A stretch of DNA of 64,000 bases from an uncultured delta proteobacterium (GCA_963727445.1 CAVSGI010000020.1:480001-544000); one strand, 5' to 3'. Counted from the first letter of the stretch, positions 9,120 through 19,686 are shown. Notes: generated from the sequence alone by a model not told the origin. Program-made: numbers and translations.

Positions 9120-9737
9120 GTGCCTCAAGTGCTCAAAGAAGAGGTCCAGGAGCGGATCGAGGAGGCCGCGGAGCGGGTCTTCGCGCGCCATGGGTATCGG
9201 GGGGCGAAGATGTCCGAGATCGCCGCCGAGGCGGGGCTCTCCACTGGGAACCTCTATCGGTATTTTGGCAGCAAGGAGGCGCTCTTCGAAACGGTGATCG
9301 ACGAGGGGTTCGTCGAGACCTTCGAGCGACTCCTGGACGAACGCGTTCGGGCGCTGGCGTCCACCGAGCTGACGGCTCCGGGATCGGAGGCCCGCGATGC
9401 GGCCGAGACGATGTTGCGGTTTTGGATGGCACACCGACTGCGGGTGGTGATCCTCCTCGATCGCGCGGAGGGCTCCGCTCACGCGGACTTCGGTGACGCA
9501 TTCGTCGAGCGACTGGTCGGGCAGACCACGAAGGAGCTCCGACGGGAGCTGGGGAAACGGCGCCTGCCTCTCGTCGTGCACTCCACGCTCGAAGACGTCT
9601 TTCAGAGCTCGCGGCGCGCGGTGGTGTCGATCCTGGAGACCTACGAGCGGGAGACCGAGATCCGCACGGCCTTCGCAGCCTTCTGGGCATTTCAGCTCGC
9701 TGGCTTGGAAGGCTTCAGGCGATGGGTGACGAGATGA
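9120..9737 (+). CDS. TetR/AcrR family regulator
   Basis: GTG start PQVLKEEVQERIEEAAERVFARHGY...IAAEAGLSTGNLYRYFGSKEALF. Confidence 0.92.
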   Translation: MPQVLKEEVQERIEEAAERVFARHGYRGAKMSEIAAEAGLSTGNLYRYFGSKEALFETVIDEGFVETFERLLDERVRALASTELTAPGSEARDAAETMLRFWMAHRLRVVILLDRAEGSAHADFGDAFVERLVGQTTKELRRELGKRRLPLVVHSTLEDVFQSSRRAVVSILETYERETEIRTAFAAFWAFQLAGLEGFRRWVTR

Positions 9738-11125
9738 AAGACGACCTCTGGAAGCTGGATGGAGTCGCGCAGGCGGAGCTGGTGGCGAACGGCGAGGTCC
9801 GCCCGCGCGAGCTGGTCGAGATGGCGCTCACGCGGATCGACGCCCTGAACCATGAGCTCGGGGCGGTCGTCGGTCTCGATCGCGAGCTGGCCCTCGCCCG
9901 CGCCGAGGGAGACCTCGAGGGCCCATTCGCGGGGGTGCCCTTCCTGGTGAAGGACGTGCTCCCCTATCCCGGGTTTCGCTGCGCCTTCGGGTCGCGTCTC
10001 TTCGCCCAGAACGTGGCGCGGGACCACACGCCTTACACCGCGGCGATCGAAGCGGCGGGACTGGTGCCCATCGGGAAGTCGGCCACTTCCGAGTTCGGCC
10101 TCCTCGGCAGCACGGAGACGGCGCTCGAGGGCGTGACCCACAATCCCCACCGGCTCACCCATTCCGCTGGCGGTTCCTCCGGGGGCGCCGCAGCCGCGGT
10201 CGCAGCCGGTCTCGTCCCCTTTGCTCACGCCAACGACGCGGGAGGCTCGATCCGACTGCCAGCGGCCCTGTGTGGCCTCTTTGGATTCAAGCCGAGCGCC
10301 GGACGCACCCTCCCCGGGGTGGCGGTGAAGAACGATTTCGTCGACCTGACCAACGATCACTGCATCAGTCGCTCGGTGAGGGACAGCGCCCGCTTCCTCG
10401 CGGCGACGGAGGATCCGGCAGCCAGGGAGTGCGTTGGGTTCGTATCCGAACCGCTTACCCGCTCCCTCCGCGTCGGGGTCTACACCACCTCGTTGCTCGG
10501 AGCCGCGGCGCCAAAGAGCGGGGCCGCGGCCGTCGAGCGCGCCGCGGGGCTGTGTTCGGAGCTCGGACACGTGGTTCGCACCGTCGATCCACCGCCGGTG
10601 GATGGAGAAGCGCTTTCGAAGGCATTCTTCACGGTCGCGGGCTCGGCCATCGCGAGCGTCCTCGACATGGTCAGCGGGATGACGGGACAGCCGTTACCCG
10701 ACGGCGCAGTCGAGCCGTTCACCTCCGAGCTCGTCGCCTGGTATCGACAGCTCCCGGCGGGCGCGGTGGCCGAGGCGCGAAAGACCTTCGAAGAGGCCGC
10801 GTCCACGATGCGCACGTTCCTCTCGGAGCACGACGCGGTCCTCTGTCCCACCCTCGGAGTCGAGCCGCCGGAGATCGGCTTCCTCTCCCCGAACCTGCCG
10901 CGCCAGGAGCTTCTTCGACGCACCGAACGGCTCGCTGGCTACACCCCCATCCACAACATCGCCGGAGCGCCGGCCATGTCCGTCCCGCTTCACGTGACGG
11001 AAGACGGACTACCGGTCGGCGCCCACTTCGCCGCGCGCCCGGGGCAGGACGCGCTCCTCCTCGCGCTCGCGTACCAGCTCGAGGAAGCAGCACCCTGGCG
11101 CGACCGTTGGCCCGTGGGTGCGTGA
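9734..11125 (+). CDS. Amidase (amidase signature family)
   Basis: GVPFLVKD, AGGSSGGAAAAV, NDAGGSIRLPA, GLFGFKPS; ATGA overlap with tetR. Confidence 0.95.
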   Translation: MKDDLWKLDGVAQAELVANGEVRPRELVEMALTRIDALNHELGAVVGLDRELALARAEGDLEGPFAGVPFLVKDVLPYPGFRCAFGSRLFAQNVARDHTPYTAAIEAAGLVPIGKSATSEFGLLGSTETALEGVTHNPHRLTHSAGGSSGGAAAAVAAGLVPFAHANDAGGSIRLPAALCGLFGFKPSAGRTLPGVAVKNDFVDLTNDHCISRSVRDSARFLAATEDPAARECVGFVSEPLTRSLRVGVYTTSLLGAAAPKSGAAAVERAAGLCSELGHVVRTVDPPPVDGEALSKAFFTVAGSAIASVLDMVSGMTGQPLPDGAVEPFTSELVAWYRQLPAGAVAEARKTFEEAASTMRTFLSEHDAVLCPTLGVEPPEIGFLSPNLPRQELLRRTERLAGYTPIHNIAGAPAMSVPLHVTEDGLPVGAHFAARPGQDALLLALAYQLEEAAPWRDRWPVGA

Positions 11126-11255
11126 AAGCTCGGAGCTCGCCCGCCGCATCGTCCAGTTGGCGACGACGAAGGTGACATCCACGGCGAGCTCTGTCGTAGG
11201 CGGCGCCATCGCTCTTGACCCTGCGGCGGGCTGATAGGATCGTCGCCGCCGCAAG

Positions 11256-12968
11256 ATGGTCTCTCCCGCCGAGCTCAATCTCATCGAAGTCTTCAGAGGC
11301 GTCACGCCGACCAATTGCGAACGGTTCTGCCGCAAGGTTGCCGACATCTCGGTTCAGCCGGGGGAGTACGTCGTTCGCGAGGGCGAGCCGCGTGCCCTGT
11401 ACGGGATCCTCGAGGGTGCCTTCGAGGTCGTGAAGGTCGTCGAAGGGTCCGAGCGCGTCTTCGGTCGAAGGAGCGCGGGCCAGCTCTTCGGCGAGCTGAC
11501 GGTGGTCTTCGGTATGCCGCAGGCCGCTGACCTGCGGGCGGTCGAGCCTTCCCGCATCGTTCGTATCGAGCCTCATGACTACTACGCGCTCGCCGCGGAC
11601 GTCCCCGAGCTCGCTGAGCGCGTCGGCAAGCGGGCCGCCTACCGCATGGGCGGCCCCGGTGGAGTACAGGCGCTCTTGTCGCGCATGGATCCGGTGCGGG
11701 CGGTGGTGCTCGGTGGACGCCATGATGCGGCGTGCGCGGAGCTGCGCCGCTTCCTCGACCGTAACGAGATCCGCTTCGAGTGGCTCGACCCCGAAGTGCC
11801 CGCTGACCTGGCGAAGTGGTCGGGCACGCCGTCCATGTCGGAGGACTACCCTGTGCTGCGCGTCGTCGATGGAAAGACCGTCGCGCGCCCCACGCTGCGA
11901 CGCGCCGCGGAGCTGCTGGGGCTCTCCACGGAGCCCGCCGCCGCCGAGTACGACACCGTGGTCATCGGGGCGGGCCCGGCGGGGCTGGCAGCCGCGGTGT
12001 ACGGGGCTTCGGAGGGCCTCTCCACACTCGTCATCGAGCGCGAAGCACCCGGGGGGCAGGCGGGCACCTCGTCGCGCATCGAAAACTACCTCGGCTTCCC
12101 ATCGGGCGTGTCGGGTGGCGAGCTGTCGAGCCGGGCGCTTCGTCAGGCCCACCGCCTGGGCGCAGAGATCCTCGTGACCCGGGCGGTCGATCGCATCCGT
12201 GCCGACGGATTCTACGTGTACCTCGACGGCGGCGACGTGCTGCGCACGCGCAGCATCATTCTCGCCTGCGGCGTCAGCTGGCGACACCTCGCGATCGAAG
12301 GCTTCGACCGCCTCATCGGCAAGGGCATCTTCTATGGCGCCGCGCGCAGCGAGGCCTCGAACACGCACGGGCTGGACATCCACATCATCGGCGCCGGCAA
12401 CTCCGCCGGACAGGCCGCGATGTTCTTCTCCACCTACGCGCAGAGCGTCACGATCCTCTGCCGCGGCGACTCGCTCGGCAAGAGCATGTCGCAATACCTC
12501 GTCGACCAGCTCGCGACGCGCCCCAACATCCACGTCCTCTTCCGCACCCAGGCGACGGCCGCCCATGGCGGGAGCGCGCTCGAGGCGCTCGACATCCGCA
12601 ACGACGAGACCGGTGAGACCACCCGCGAGGCCTGCGGAGGCCTCTTCATCTTCATCGGCGCCGACGCGGAGACCGGGTGGCTGCCGCCGGAGATCGCGCT
12701 CGACGCGAAGGGCTACGTGCTGACGGGACACGATGTCCGGAATGCGGGCCATTGGTCACAATCGCGCGATCCCTACCTGCTCGAGACCAGCGTGCCCGGC
12801 ATCTTTGCCTGCGGCGACGTCCGCTGCTCGCCCGTCAAGCGCGTCGCCGCCGCTGTCGGCGAGGGCAGCATGGCGATCGCCTTCGTGCACCAGTATCTGA
12901 GCGAGCAGGCGGGGAGATCGGGAGATCCGAACCAGGTCGACCGGGCGGGGAGATCCGAACCAGGTTGA
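11256..12968 (+). CDS. cNMP-binding domain fused to thioredoxin-reductase-like FAD oxidoreductase (no CXXC)
   Basis: cNMP fold (VVREGE...FGEL); VIGAGPAG, GGQAGTSSRIENYLGFP, IIGAGNSAGQAA, ETSVPGIFACGD; YGAARSE in place of CXXC. Confidence 0.92.
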   Translation: MVSPAELNLIEVFRGVTPTNCERFCRKVADISVQPGEYVVREGEPRALYGILEGAFEVVKVVEGSERVFGRRSAGQLFGELTVVFGMPQAADLRAVEPSRIVRIEPHDYYALAADVPELAERVGKRAAYRMGGPGGVQALLSRMDPVRAVVLGGRHDAACAELRRFLDRNEIRFEWLDPEVPADLAKWSGTPSMSEDYPVLRVVDGKTVARPTLRRAAELLGLSTEPAAAEYDTVVIGAGPAGLAAAVYGASEGLSTLVIEREAPGGQAGTSSRIENYLGFPSGVSGGELSSRALRQAHRLGAEILVTRAVDRIRADGFYVYLDGGDVLRTRSIILACGVSWRHLAIEGFDRLIGKGIFYGAARSEASNTHGLDIHIIGAGNSAGQAAMFFSTYAQSVTILCRGDSLGKSMSQYLVDQLATRPNIHVLFRTQATAAHGGSALEALDIRNDETGETTREACGGLFIFIGADAETGWLPPEIALDAKGYVLTGHDVRNAGHWSQSRDPYLLETSVPGIFACGDVRCSPVKRVAAAVGEGSMAIAFVHQYLSEQAGRSGDPNQVDRAGRSEPG

Positions 12969-12978
12969 CTGGCGGGGA
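12908..12978 (+). repeat. Short imperfect tandem duplication (~28-bp period)
   Basis: GGGAGATCCGAACCAGGT at 12920-12937 and 12948-12965, with GGCGGGGA before, between and after. Confidence 0.75.
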
Positions 12979-13124
12979 CGGTGTAGGCGACCCGTCGACG
13001 ATCGGGTCCATGCGCACGAGCTCGACCGCCGAACACTCCGGCGTGAGCAGAAAGTGGCGTTGTGTACCGCCCCTGGCGCTCCGCAACATGGGCCGGCTCA
13101 GCGCAGCGTGATACGATCTCCGCG

Positions 13125-13781
13125 GTGCGCAGCGTGATCTTGCTGTTCATGGTCGTCAGTCTGCTCGTTGGATGCGGCAGGCTCGGCTTCGACGACGCTG
13201 CCCTCGCCGCGGGCGACTCCAGCGTTCCAGGCGACAGCGGTTCGGACACCGGCCGAGACACCGGGGTGATGGCGGATGCGTCGGGCGGCCCGGACACCAG
13301 CATGCCGGACGGGAGCTCCACGCCGGACGCGGACGCATCCGCCGATGCCTCGGAGATGACCGACACAGGCCCCGTGGACAGTGGCGCTACGGCGAGCCGG
13401 GCTGCGTGCTGCACGGCTTGGTGTCAGGACGCCGATCGTTTCGGTGGAAGCACCGTGGCGAGCGAGGCGTACACCGCGTCAAGGACGGGTTGCACGTCGT
13501 CCACCGGCTGCACTTGCGCCGTGTCGGCCGCGATCGCCACCACCTGGACCGTCATCACGGGTGACATCTGCGATGCCCACGACTTCGCGATGAGCTGCCC
13601 GGGCACTTGCGACGGGTCACAGTGCAACGAGGTGGAGATCTCCGGGCGATTCGTCTCCTCCTCGGAGGAGTGCGTCTGCGTGGGACGCGACATCGTCTCC
13701 GGGCTCACCCAGGACGTGTGGAGCTCCCAATGCGTCGAGAACAGCAGCGCAACCCCGTTCGAGAGCGCCTGTCCGCCTTGA
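13125..13781 (+). CDS. Cys-rich lipoprotein with acidic linker
   Basis: LLVGCGRLGFDD lipobox; D/A/G/S linker; many C-terminal Cys. Confidence 0.75.
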   Translation: MRSVILLFMVVSLLVGCGRLGFDDAALAAGDSSVPGDSGSDTGRDTGVMADASGGPDTSMPDGSSTPDADASADASEMTDTGPVDSGATASRAACCTAWCQDADRFGGSTVASEAYTASRTGCTSSTGCTCAVSAAIATTWTVITGDICDAHDFAMSCPGTCDGSQCNEVEISGRFVSSSEECVCVGRDIVSGLTQDVWSSQCVENSSATPFESACPP

Positions 13782-13872
13782 CTGACGACTCTCTGACTGA
13801 GGAACCGGATGACAGCCCGTCAGCGCGTCGACCTCGGACACGCGCGCTCGGCGATCGCGCTAGAATGTCGAT

Positions 13873-15189
13873 ATGTCCGCCGTCCGATGGCTTTGCGTCT
13901 CGACCTTGCTCCTACCGGGATGCGGCCTCCTCCTGGACCCCGACTTCGCGTCTCCCGATGCGGCGATGCCGACCCGTGACGCGAGCATGTCGGACGGCAT
14001 CGTCGTCGTAGACGCGGACGTCGACGCAAACGTCGACGCGAACGTCGATGCTGGGCCGGTGGATTGCCCGGTGGACCCCGTCGCCATCGTCCCCAGCAAC
14101 GTGTCGGGTCTCGTCATCGACGAGGGCACCATCGACCTCGCGCTCGGCCCGGGGACATACACGGCGACTCTCACGGGGGAGGGCATCACCATCGAGGCCG
14201 AAGCGGGCGAGGTCGTCACCTTCGACGCGAGCACGGACATCACGGCCGCCTACGCCGTCGTTCCGCTTCATTCCCTTCAGCTCGCGGCTGGCGCGACGCT
14301 CCGCTTCAAGGAGGATCGGCCCGTCGTGTTGTTGGTCGCGACCACGGCGAACATCGACGGGACGATCCCGGTGGCGGCGACGGCGGATCAGCCCGGTCCG
14401 GGCGGTTTCGCCGGGGCCTTCGCCGGCGTGCTCCCACCACCCGGCATGGGCCCAGGCGGGGGAGGCTCCTCTGAGACCGAGGAGGCGGGGACCGACGGTG
14501 GCGGCGGAGGTGGTGGCTCCGGCAGCCAAGGTTGCGCCGGCGGCGGGGGAGCCTCGGCCGGCGGCGGTGGGCTCGGCTACACGACTCCCGAGCTCGTCCC
14601 GCTCATCGGTGGCGCGGGTGGAGGCGCGGGAGGTCTACCGGGCGGCGACGGTGGACAGGGCGGTGGTGCACTACAGATCACGGCCGGTGCGTGCATCCGT
14701 GTGGGGGGAACGATCGACGCGAGCGGCAGTGGAGGCCTCGGCGGCAGGACGAGCAACCCCAACTCGGGGGGTGGCGGCGGAGGCGGCGGCGCAGGAGGCG
14801 CGATCCTTCTGGAAGCAGCGCGCGTCGTCATCGCCGCGGGCGCCTGCGTCGGGGCAAACGGCGGCGCCGGCGGCCAGGGCTCGCCCGACGCATTCACCGA
14901 AGGGGTCGACGGCGAGGCGGGATCCGCCTGCATGGCCCCGGTCCACGGTCCGGTGGCGGACCTTCAGGGTGGAGCCGGCGGCGATGGATCCGATGCCAGC
15001 GGCGCCTGCAGCGCGGGCGGCGTCGGCGCCCCGATCGATATGACCCTGCCGTACATCGAAGGGGGCGGCGGGGGTGGCGGCGCCGGCCGCATCCGGATCA
15101 ACACGCTAAGCGGGACGGAGCCTTTCGACGGAGTGCTCCCCGCGTTTTCATCGGACCTCGCGACCGTCGGCTCGATAGCCGTGAGATAG
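13873..15189 (+). CDS. Gly-rich surface lipoprotein
   Basis: LLPGC lipobox; poly-Gly repeats GGGGGAGGAILLEA, GGGGGGAGRIRIN. Confidence 0.8.
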   Translation: MSAVRWLCVSTLLLPGCGLLLDPDFASPDAAMPTRDASMSDGIVVVDADVDANVDANVDAGPVDCPVDPVAIVPSNVSGLVIDEGTIDLALGPGTYTATLTGEGITIEAEAGEVVTFDASTDITAAYAVVPLHSLQLAAGATLRFKEDRPVVLLVATTANIDGTIPVAATADQPGPGGFAGAFAGVLPPPGMGPGGGGSSETEEAGTDGGGGGGGSGSQGCAGGGGASAGGGGLGYTTPELVPLIGGAGGGAGGLPGGDGGQGGGALQITAGACIRVGGTIDASGSGGLGGRTSNPNSGGGGGGGGAGGAILLEAARVVIAAGACVGANGGAGGQGSPDAFTEGVDGEAGSACMAPVHGPVADLQGGAGGDGSDASGACSAGGVGAPIDMTLPYIEGGGGGGGAGRIRINTLSGTEPFDGVLPAFSSDLATVGSIAVR

Positions 15190-15201
15190 TGGCCTGAGCG
15201 C

Positions 15202-17502
15202 ATGCGGCTATCGGTCATCGTCAGCAGCGTCCTCCTGGTGACACTCCCGGTTTCCTGCGGGGGGGACGACGGCGACAAGGACGGTGGCCTCGAGGACGCC
15301 ACTGCGCGAGACTCCGAAGTCGTCGCCGACGGGGCGCCTGACGGAGGGCTCGATGGCTCGGTCGACGCCGGCCCGCCAGACGAGCGCTGGGGCGTGGTGA
15401 TCGCCGGCGCGGGCAGTGGGGGGATCGCGGCCGCGATACAGGCCGCGAGGATGGGCGTCCGCGTTCTGCTGCTCGAGCGGACGGACTACGTCGGTGGGCA
15501 GATGACGGCGGCGGGGGTGACCAGCATGGACGGTGGGAGGCGTCCGCCGGGCGGGACGGGTCTCTACCAGGAGCTCGAGGATCGCATCGGCGCGTACTAC
15601 GGCGACACGACGCGATTTCCGCCGTCGGGAAAGGCGATCGACACCTGCTACGGCGGCCCCGACGCGGTCTGCTTCGAGCCGCACGTCGGGCGGCAGATCC
15701 TCGAGGCCATGCTCGACGAGGCAGGCGTGACGCTTCGACTTCGCGCGCAGGTCGTGACCGTCACCCGTGCGGGCAATCGGGTGACCGGCGTCGTCACGGA
15801 CGATGGCACCGTCATCGAGAGTCACGTTTTGGTGGACGCCACCGAGCACGGCGACGTGATCCCCCTCGCGGGCGCCGCCTATCGCGTCGGCCGCTCGACG
15901 AGCGACGCGGTCGATGGCGCCGCATGTATCCAGGACATCACCTACCTCGCGGTGATCCGCGAGTATCCGGGCGCGGTGCCGCCGGAGCTGCGCATCGACA
16001 CGCCACCACCGGGCTACGACGACGCGCGCCGCGACGAGTTCGCTTCTCTGGTGGTAGACGAGCCCGGCGTCGTGCGCCTGCGCCCCGAGCCATCGACGTG
16101 GCTCTGGCATTCGACCTACCGCGGCATGCCCGATTCCACCAATCCCGTGAGCTACACGAACGCGCAGGCCGAGCTCATCACGCGCACCGGCGTGAACTAC
16201 GCGAACGACTATCCGGGCTACTACGTCGACACCAGCGGTGCCATGCCCCGGCCCACCTGGCGAGACACGCTGACCGTGGCCTACCTCGAGGACCCGGCGG
16301 AGCGCGCTCGCATCGACTGCGACGCGAAGCTGCGCACGATCCAGCTCCTGTACTACTTCCAGAACGAGCTCGGGAAGACGCAGTGGTCGGTCGCGAACGA
16401 CGAGGGTTACGACAGCGCCTGGAACGTCGAGGAGAACGACTGCGCGACGATCCCGGCGAGCCTCGACGCGATCGAGCGTCTGCTGCCGCCGATCCCGTAC
16501 GTGCGGGAGAGTCGGCGGATCGTGGCGATGCGGACGCTCACCGCGGCAGATCTGCGCCGGGCGGGCGGAGGCGCGCCGGCGGAGAGCGGCTTTTCGACGT
16601 CCATCGCCGTCGGCGACTACCCCTCCGACCTGCACAACTGCGGCAGCGTCGCGGACCTCGACCCGCGGCTCGGCGAAACCACCGAAGACACCGAGCTGGC
16701 AACGCACGGCGGCCCCTTCGAGGTTCCCTTCGAGACCCTCGTCCCCGAAACGGTGGACGGGCTCCTGGCCGCTGAGAAGAACATCGGCGTCTCGCGGCGC
16801 GCCAACGGTGCCATTCGCCTTCAACCGATCACCATGAACACCGGTCAAGCGGTTGGAGTCATCGCCGCGCTCGCGGTGGGCGGCTCCATCCAGCCGCGCG
16901 ACGTCGAGCCGGTCGCCGTGCAGGAGGTGCTGATCCGAGCGGGCGCCGCCATCTCGCGCCGACACTTCGATGACGTCCCGCTCGAGGACCCGCGCTGGGC
17001 GGACGTCCAGATGGCGTCGGCGCACGACGTGCTCATCGGCACCGGGCCATCGACCTTCGCGCCCGCGTCCACGCTGACCCGTGCGCAAGCGGCGATCTTG
17101 GTCGTCCGGCTCACCGCCATCCCGCTCGATCCCGTGCCGGCGGTGGCGACCTTCGACGACGTCCCCGTCGGGCATTTCGCGTTTGCATACGTCGAGGCGA
17201 TCGCTCGCGAAGGCATCACCAGCGGCTGCGGGGCGAGCCCACCGCTCTTCTGCCCGGATGCGCCGCTGACCCGCGCACACCTCGCGGTGTTCCTCGCCCG
17301 GGCGCTGAGCCTCGACCTGTCCTCCCCCCCGGCGACACCCACCTTCTCCGACGTCCCGGTGGACGCTTCGGGCTACGCCGCCATCGAGGCCATGGCCACG
17401 GCCGGGTTCATGCCGGGCTGCGCGCCCGCTGCCTTCTGCCCGGACGCTCCGGTCACGCGTGGCGAAGCGGCTGGTGTGATTCACGCCGTGCTTCTGCGCT
17501 GA
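15202..17502 (+). CDS. FAD-dependent oxidoreductase lipoprotein with three C-terminal SLH domains
   Basis: PVSC lipobox; VVIAGAGSGGIAAAIQAAR, GGQMTAAGV, VDATEHGD, PYVRESRR, RLQP..MNTGQA; three FxDVP...TRA/TRGE SLH repeats. Confidence 0.88.
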   Translation: MRLSVIVSSVLLVTLPVSCGGDDGDKDGGLEDATARDSEVVADGAPDGGLDGSVDAGPPDERWGVVIAGAGSGGIAAAIQAARMGVRVLLLERTDYVGGQMTAAGVTSMDGGRRPPGGTGLYQELEDRIGAYYGDTTRFPPSGKAIDTCYGGPDAVCFEPHVGRQILEAMLDEAGVTLRLRAQVVTVTRAGNRVTGVVTDDGTVIESHVLVDATEHGDVIPLAGAAYRVGRSTSDAVDGAACIQDITYLAVIREYPGAVPPELRIDTPPPGYDDARRDEFASLVVDEPGVVRLRPEPSTWLWHSTYRGMPDSTNPVSYTNAQAELITRTGVNYANDYPGYYVDTSGAMPRPTWRDTLTVAYLEDPAERARIDCDAKLRTIQLLYYFQNELGKTQWSVANDEGYDSAWNVEENDCATIPASLDAIERLLPPIPYVRESRRIVAMRTLTAADLRRAGGGAPAESGFSTSIAVGDYPSDLHNCGSVADLDPRLGETTEDTELATHGGPFEVPFETLVPETVDGLLAAEKNIGVSRRANGAIRLQPITMNTGQAVGVIAALAVGGSIQPRDVEPVAVQEVLIRAGAAISRRHFDDVPLEDPRWADVQMASAHDVLIGTGPSTFAPASTLTRAQAAILVVRLTAIPLDPVPAVATFDDVPVGHFAFAYVEAIAREGITSGCGASPPLFCPDAPLTRAHLAVFLARALSLDLSSPPATPTFSDVPVDASGYAAIEAMATAGFMPGCAPAAFCPDAPVTRGEAAGVIHAVLLR

Positions 17503-17648
17503 GCTCTACGCGAACGATGCTCCTGTCGTTTTCGCATTTCCGCCCCGAGGCAAAGCGCCCCGGTCGGTACGAAGTCGCCACATGTGCCGTCGAAAAGCCG
17601 GGCTGTTTCGGGGCACACATCGTGCTCCTCGGGACCGGAGGAGGTGAC

Positions 17649-18581
17649 ATGGAGGCGACACGCCCAATCCCACTGGTCCGACGACGCGCGCCGAAGCATC
17701 CCCCCTACGCCCTGCCGCCGGGAACCGTCGTCGCCGACCGCTACGTCGTCGAAGGACACATCGGCCTCGGCGGAACGAGCGTCGTCTATCGCGCCCATCA
17801 CCGCATCCTCGACTATCCCGTCGCCCTGAAGGTCGGGCTGAACCTGGAAGAGGAGGCCTTCGACCGCTTCGCGCGGGAGTCACGCGCGCTCAGCCGGATC
17901 GACGATCCCCACGTGGTGCGGGTGACGGACCTCGGTGAGCTCCCCAATGGCTTTCCCTTCTGCGTGATGCAGCTGCTCTTTGGGGAGAGCCTCGAGCACA
18001 ATCTCACCACCCACGGGCAGCTGCCCATCGGGCGGGCCGTCGCCCTCACCCGTCAGCTCTGCGAAGGCCTGCGGGCGGTCCACCGGACCGGCGTGATCCA
18101 TCGCGACGTCAAGCCTGCGAACCTCGTTCTCACGCGCGGCGACGACGACGAGACGGTGCTCGTGTTGGTCGACTTCGGGATCGCCATGCCGCTCCTCGCC
18201 CCACGCATCACGCTTCCCGGGCTGGTCCTCGGCACGCCGCATTACATGGCGCCGGAACAGGCGGTGCTCGGTCGCATCGACACACGGGTGGACGTGTACG
18301 GGGCCGGCGCCGTCCTCTACGAGATGCTCGCCGGCCGCCCACCCCACGAAGCCGCGACCATCGCCGAGCTCATCGGCCTGGCCAGAAACGGGCGGCCAGA
18401 GCCGGTCGAGCTCTTCCGCCCCGACTGCCCGGCCGTGGTGGCGCAGATCGCGATGCGCGCGCTCGCGCGCGATCCGAATGAGCGCTTCGCGACCGTGCGC
18501 CTCATGAGTGAAGCCCTCGCCGCCGCGGAGTCCGAGCTCCGCACCACTGATGACGAGATGTCGATTCGTCTCTGCGCGTGA
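17649..18581 (+). CDS. Hanks-type Ser/Thr protein kinase (cytoplasmic)
   Basis: GGAGG RBS; IGLGGTSVVY, VALK, HRDVKPAN, DFG, GTPHYMAPE. Confidence 0.93.
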   Translation: MEATRPIPLVRRRAPKHPPYALPPGTVVADRYVVEGHIGLGGTSVVYRAHHRILDYPVALKVGLNLEEEAFDRFARESRALSRIDDPHVVRVTDLGELPNGFPFCVMQLLFGESLEHNLTTHGQLPIGRAVALTRQLCEGLRAVHRTGVIHRDVKPANLVLTRGDDDETVLVLVDFGIAMPLLAPRITLPGLVLGTPHYMAPEQAVLGRIDTRVDVYGAGAVLYEMLAGRPPHEAATIAELIGLARNGRPEPVELFRPDCPAVVAQIAMRALARDPNERFATVRLMSEALAAAESELRTTDDEMSIRLCA

Positions 18582-18617
18582 CGTCTAGCGGATCGCGAGG
18601 GCTGCCCTACAGGCACA

Positions 18618-19541
18618 TCACAACCGCGAGCCGCCGCGGCGGACGCGACTGATTCGCACGTGGTCGATGGCGGCCCCGCGGACAGGATCCACGATGGGCT
18701 CCGCGCTGCCGCTGTTGCTGTTCGTCGTCGACGCACCCACCACGAGAGGGTTGCTCGAACCCGCGATGTCGACCGTGGACGACCCGCCGCACACCAGCCC
18801 GAGCGCGAAGGAACCGAAGTGGAGGGTGACAGTGTCGGTCGACGTGGCGCGTCGGCCGTCGACGAAGAGTCGGGCCTCGGGGGCGCCGAAGTCGACGTCG
18901 ACGTGGACCCACCCTCCATCGGTCGCGTCGACGTCGCTGCAGAGGACCGTGGAGGTCCCCGGGTCTTGCAAACGCGCGACGATCCGTCCATCGCTCGTTG
19001 CGAAGATCGTGAAGTGCCCGTCCAGGTCTCCCGTCGCGTCGCGGGAGACCAGCCCGTAGTTGGTCGACGGGCGCTCGTCGATCCTCACCCAGAAGTCGAT
19101 GCTCCCCGAGCTCAGCTCGAAGTCGTCGGAGTCCGGGACCTCCATCCACACCGGGGCGGCCGGGTCGAAGTGGAGCGCGCGCCCGCATCCGGCGGGTCCG
19201 TCGTCCCAATCCGGGGGCGCGCCCGACGAGCCGTCGTGCAGACCCGTGGCATCCGACAGGGTCTCGTCATCGAACGTGTAGAGAGCCACCGTGTCACCGT
19301 CCACGGCGGGGCACGGTCCCGCTGGCGAGGCGTCCATCCGCGGTTCGGTGTCCCCGGCGGCGTCTCTCGATGCATCGGGCGGCGCACCGTCTCGAAGCGC
19401 CGAGTCGGCTGAGTCGGCGTGCGCGTCGGGCACGCTCGAGTCCGACTCCCCAGCGTCCGACGGAGCGATCGCGTCCGACGTCACGGAGCACGCGCCGGTG
19501 GCGACCCACGACGCAAGTACGAGAAGTCGCCACGCGTGCAC
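18618..19541 (-). CDS. LamG/concanavalin-A-like domain lipoprotein
   Basis: TGAC lipobox, acidic linker, VALYTFD, SIDFWVR, WVHV...LFVDG, IDHVRIS. Confidence 0.82.
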   Translation of the reverse strand: MHAWRLLVLASWVATGACSVTSDAIAPSDAGESDSSVPDAHADSADSALRDGAPPDASRDAAGDTEPRMDASPAGPCPAVDGDTVALYTFDDETLSDATGLHDGSSGAPPDWDDGPAGCGRALHFDPAAPVWMEVPDSDDFELSSGSIDFWVRIDERPSTNYGLVSRDATGDLDGHFTIFATSDGRIVARLQDPGTSTVLCSDVDATDGGWVHVDVDFGAPEARLFVDGRRATSTDTVTLHFGSFALGLVCGGSSTVDIAGSSNPLVVGASTTNSNSGSAEPIVDPVRGAAIDHVRISRVRRGGSRL

Positions 19542-19686
19542 CCGACCATCTTAGCGCAGGTGCGGACGCGAGGTCGTCCTTCGACAGGTCTGCGGCGACG
19601 ACGATGACCTCGTCGTCAAGAATGCGGCGGATGTCCTCGCGTACGACGGCCGGACCGATCGCCGACACCGGTGCAGGTGAGGCCCG

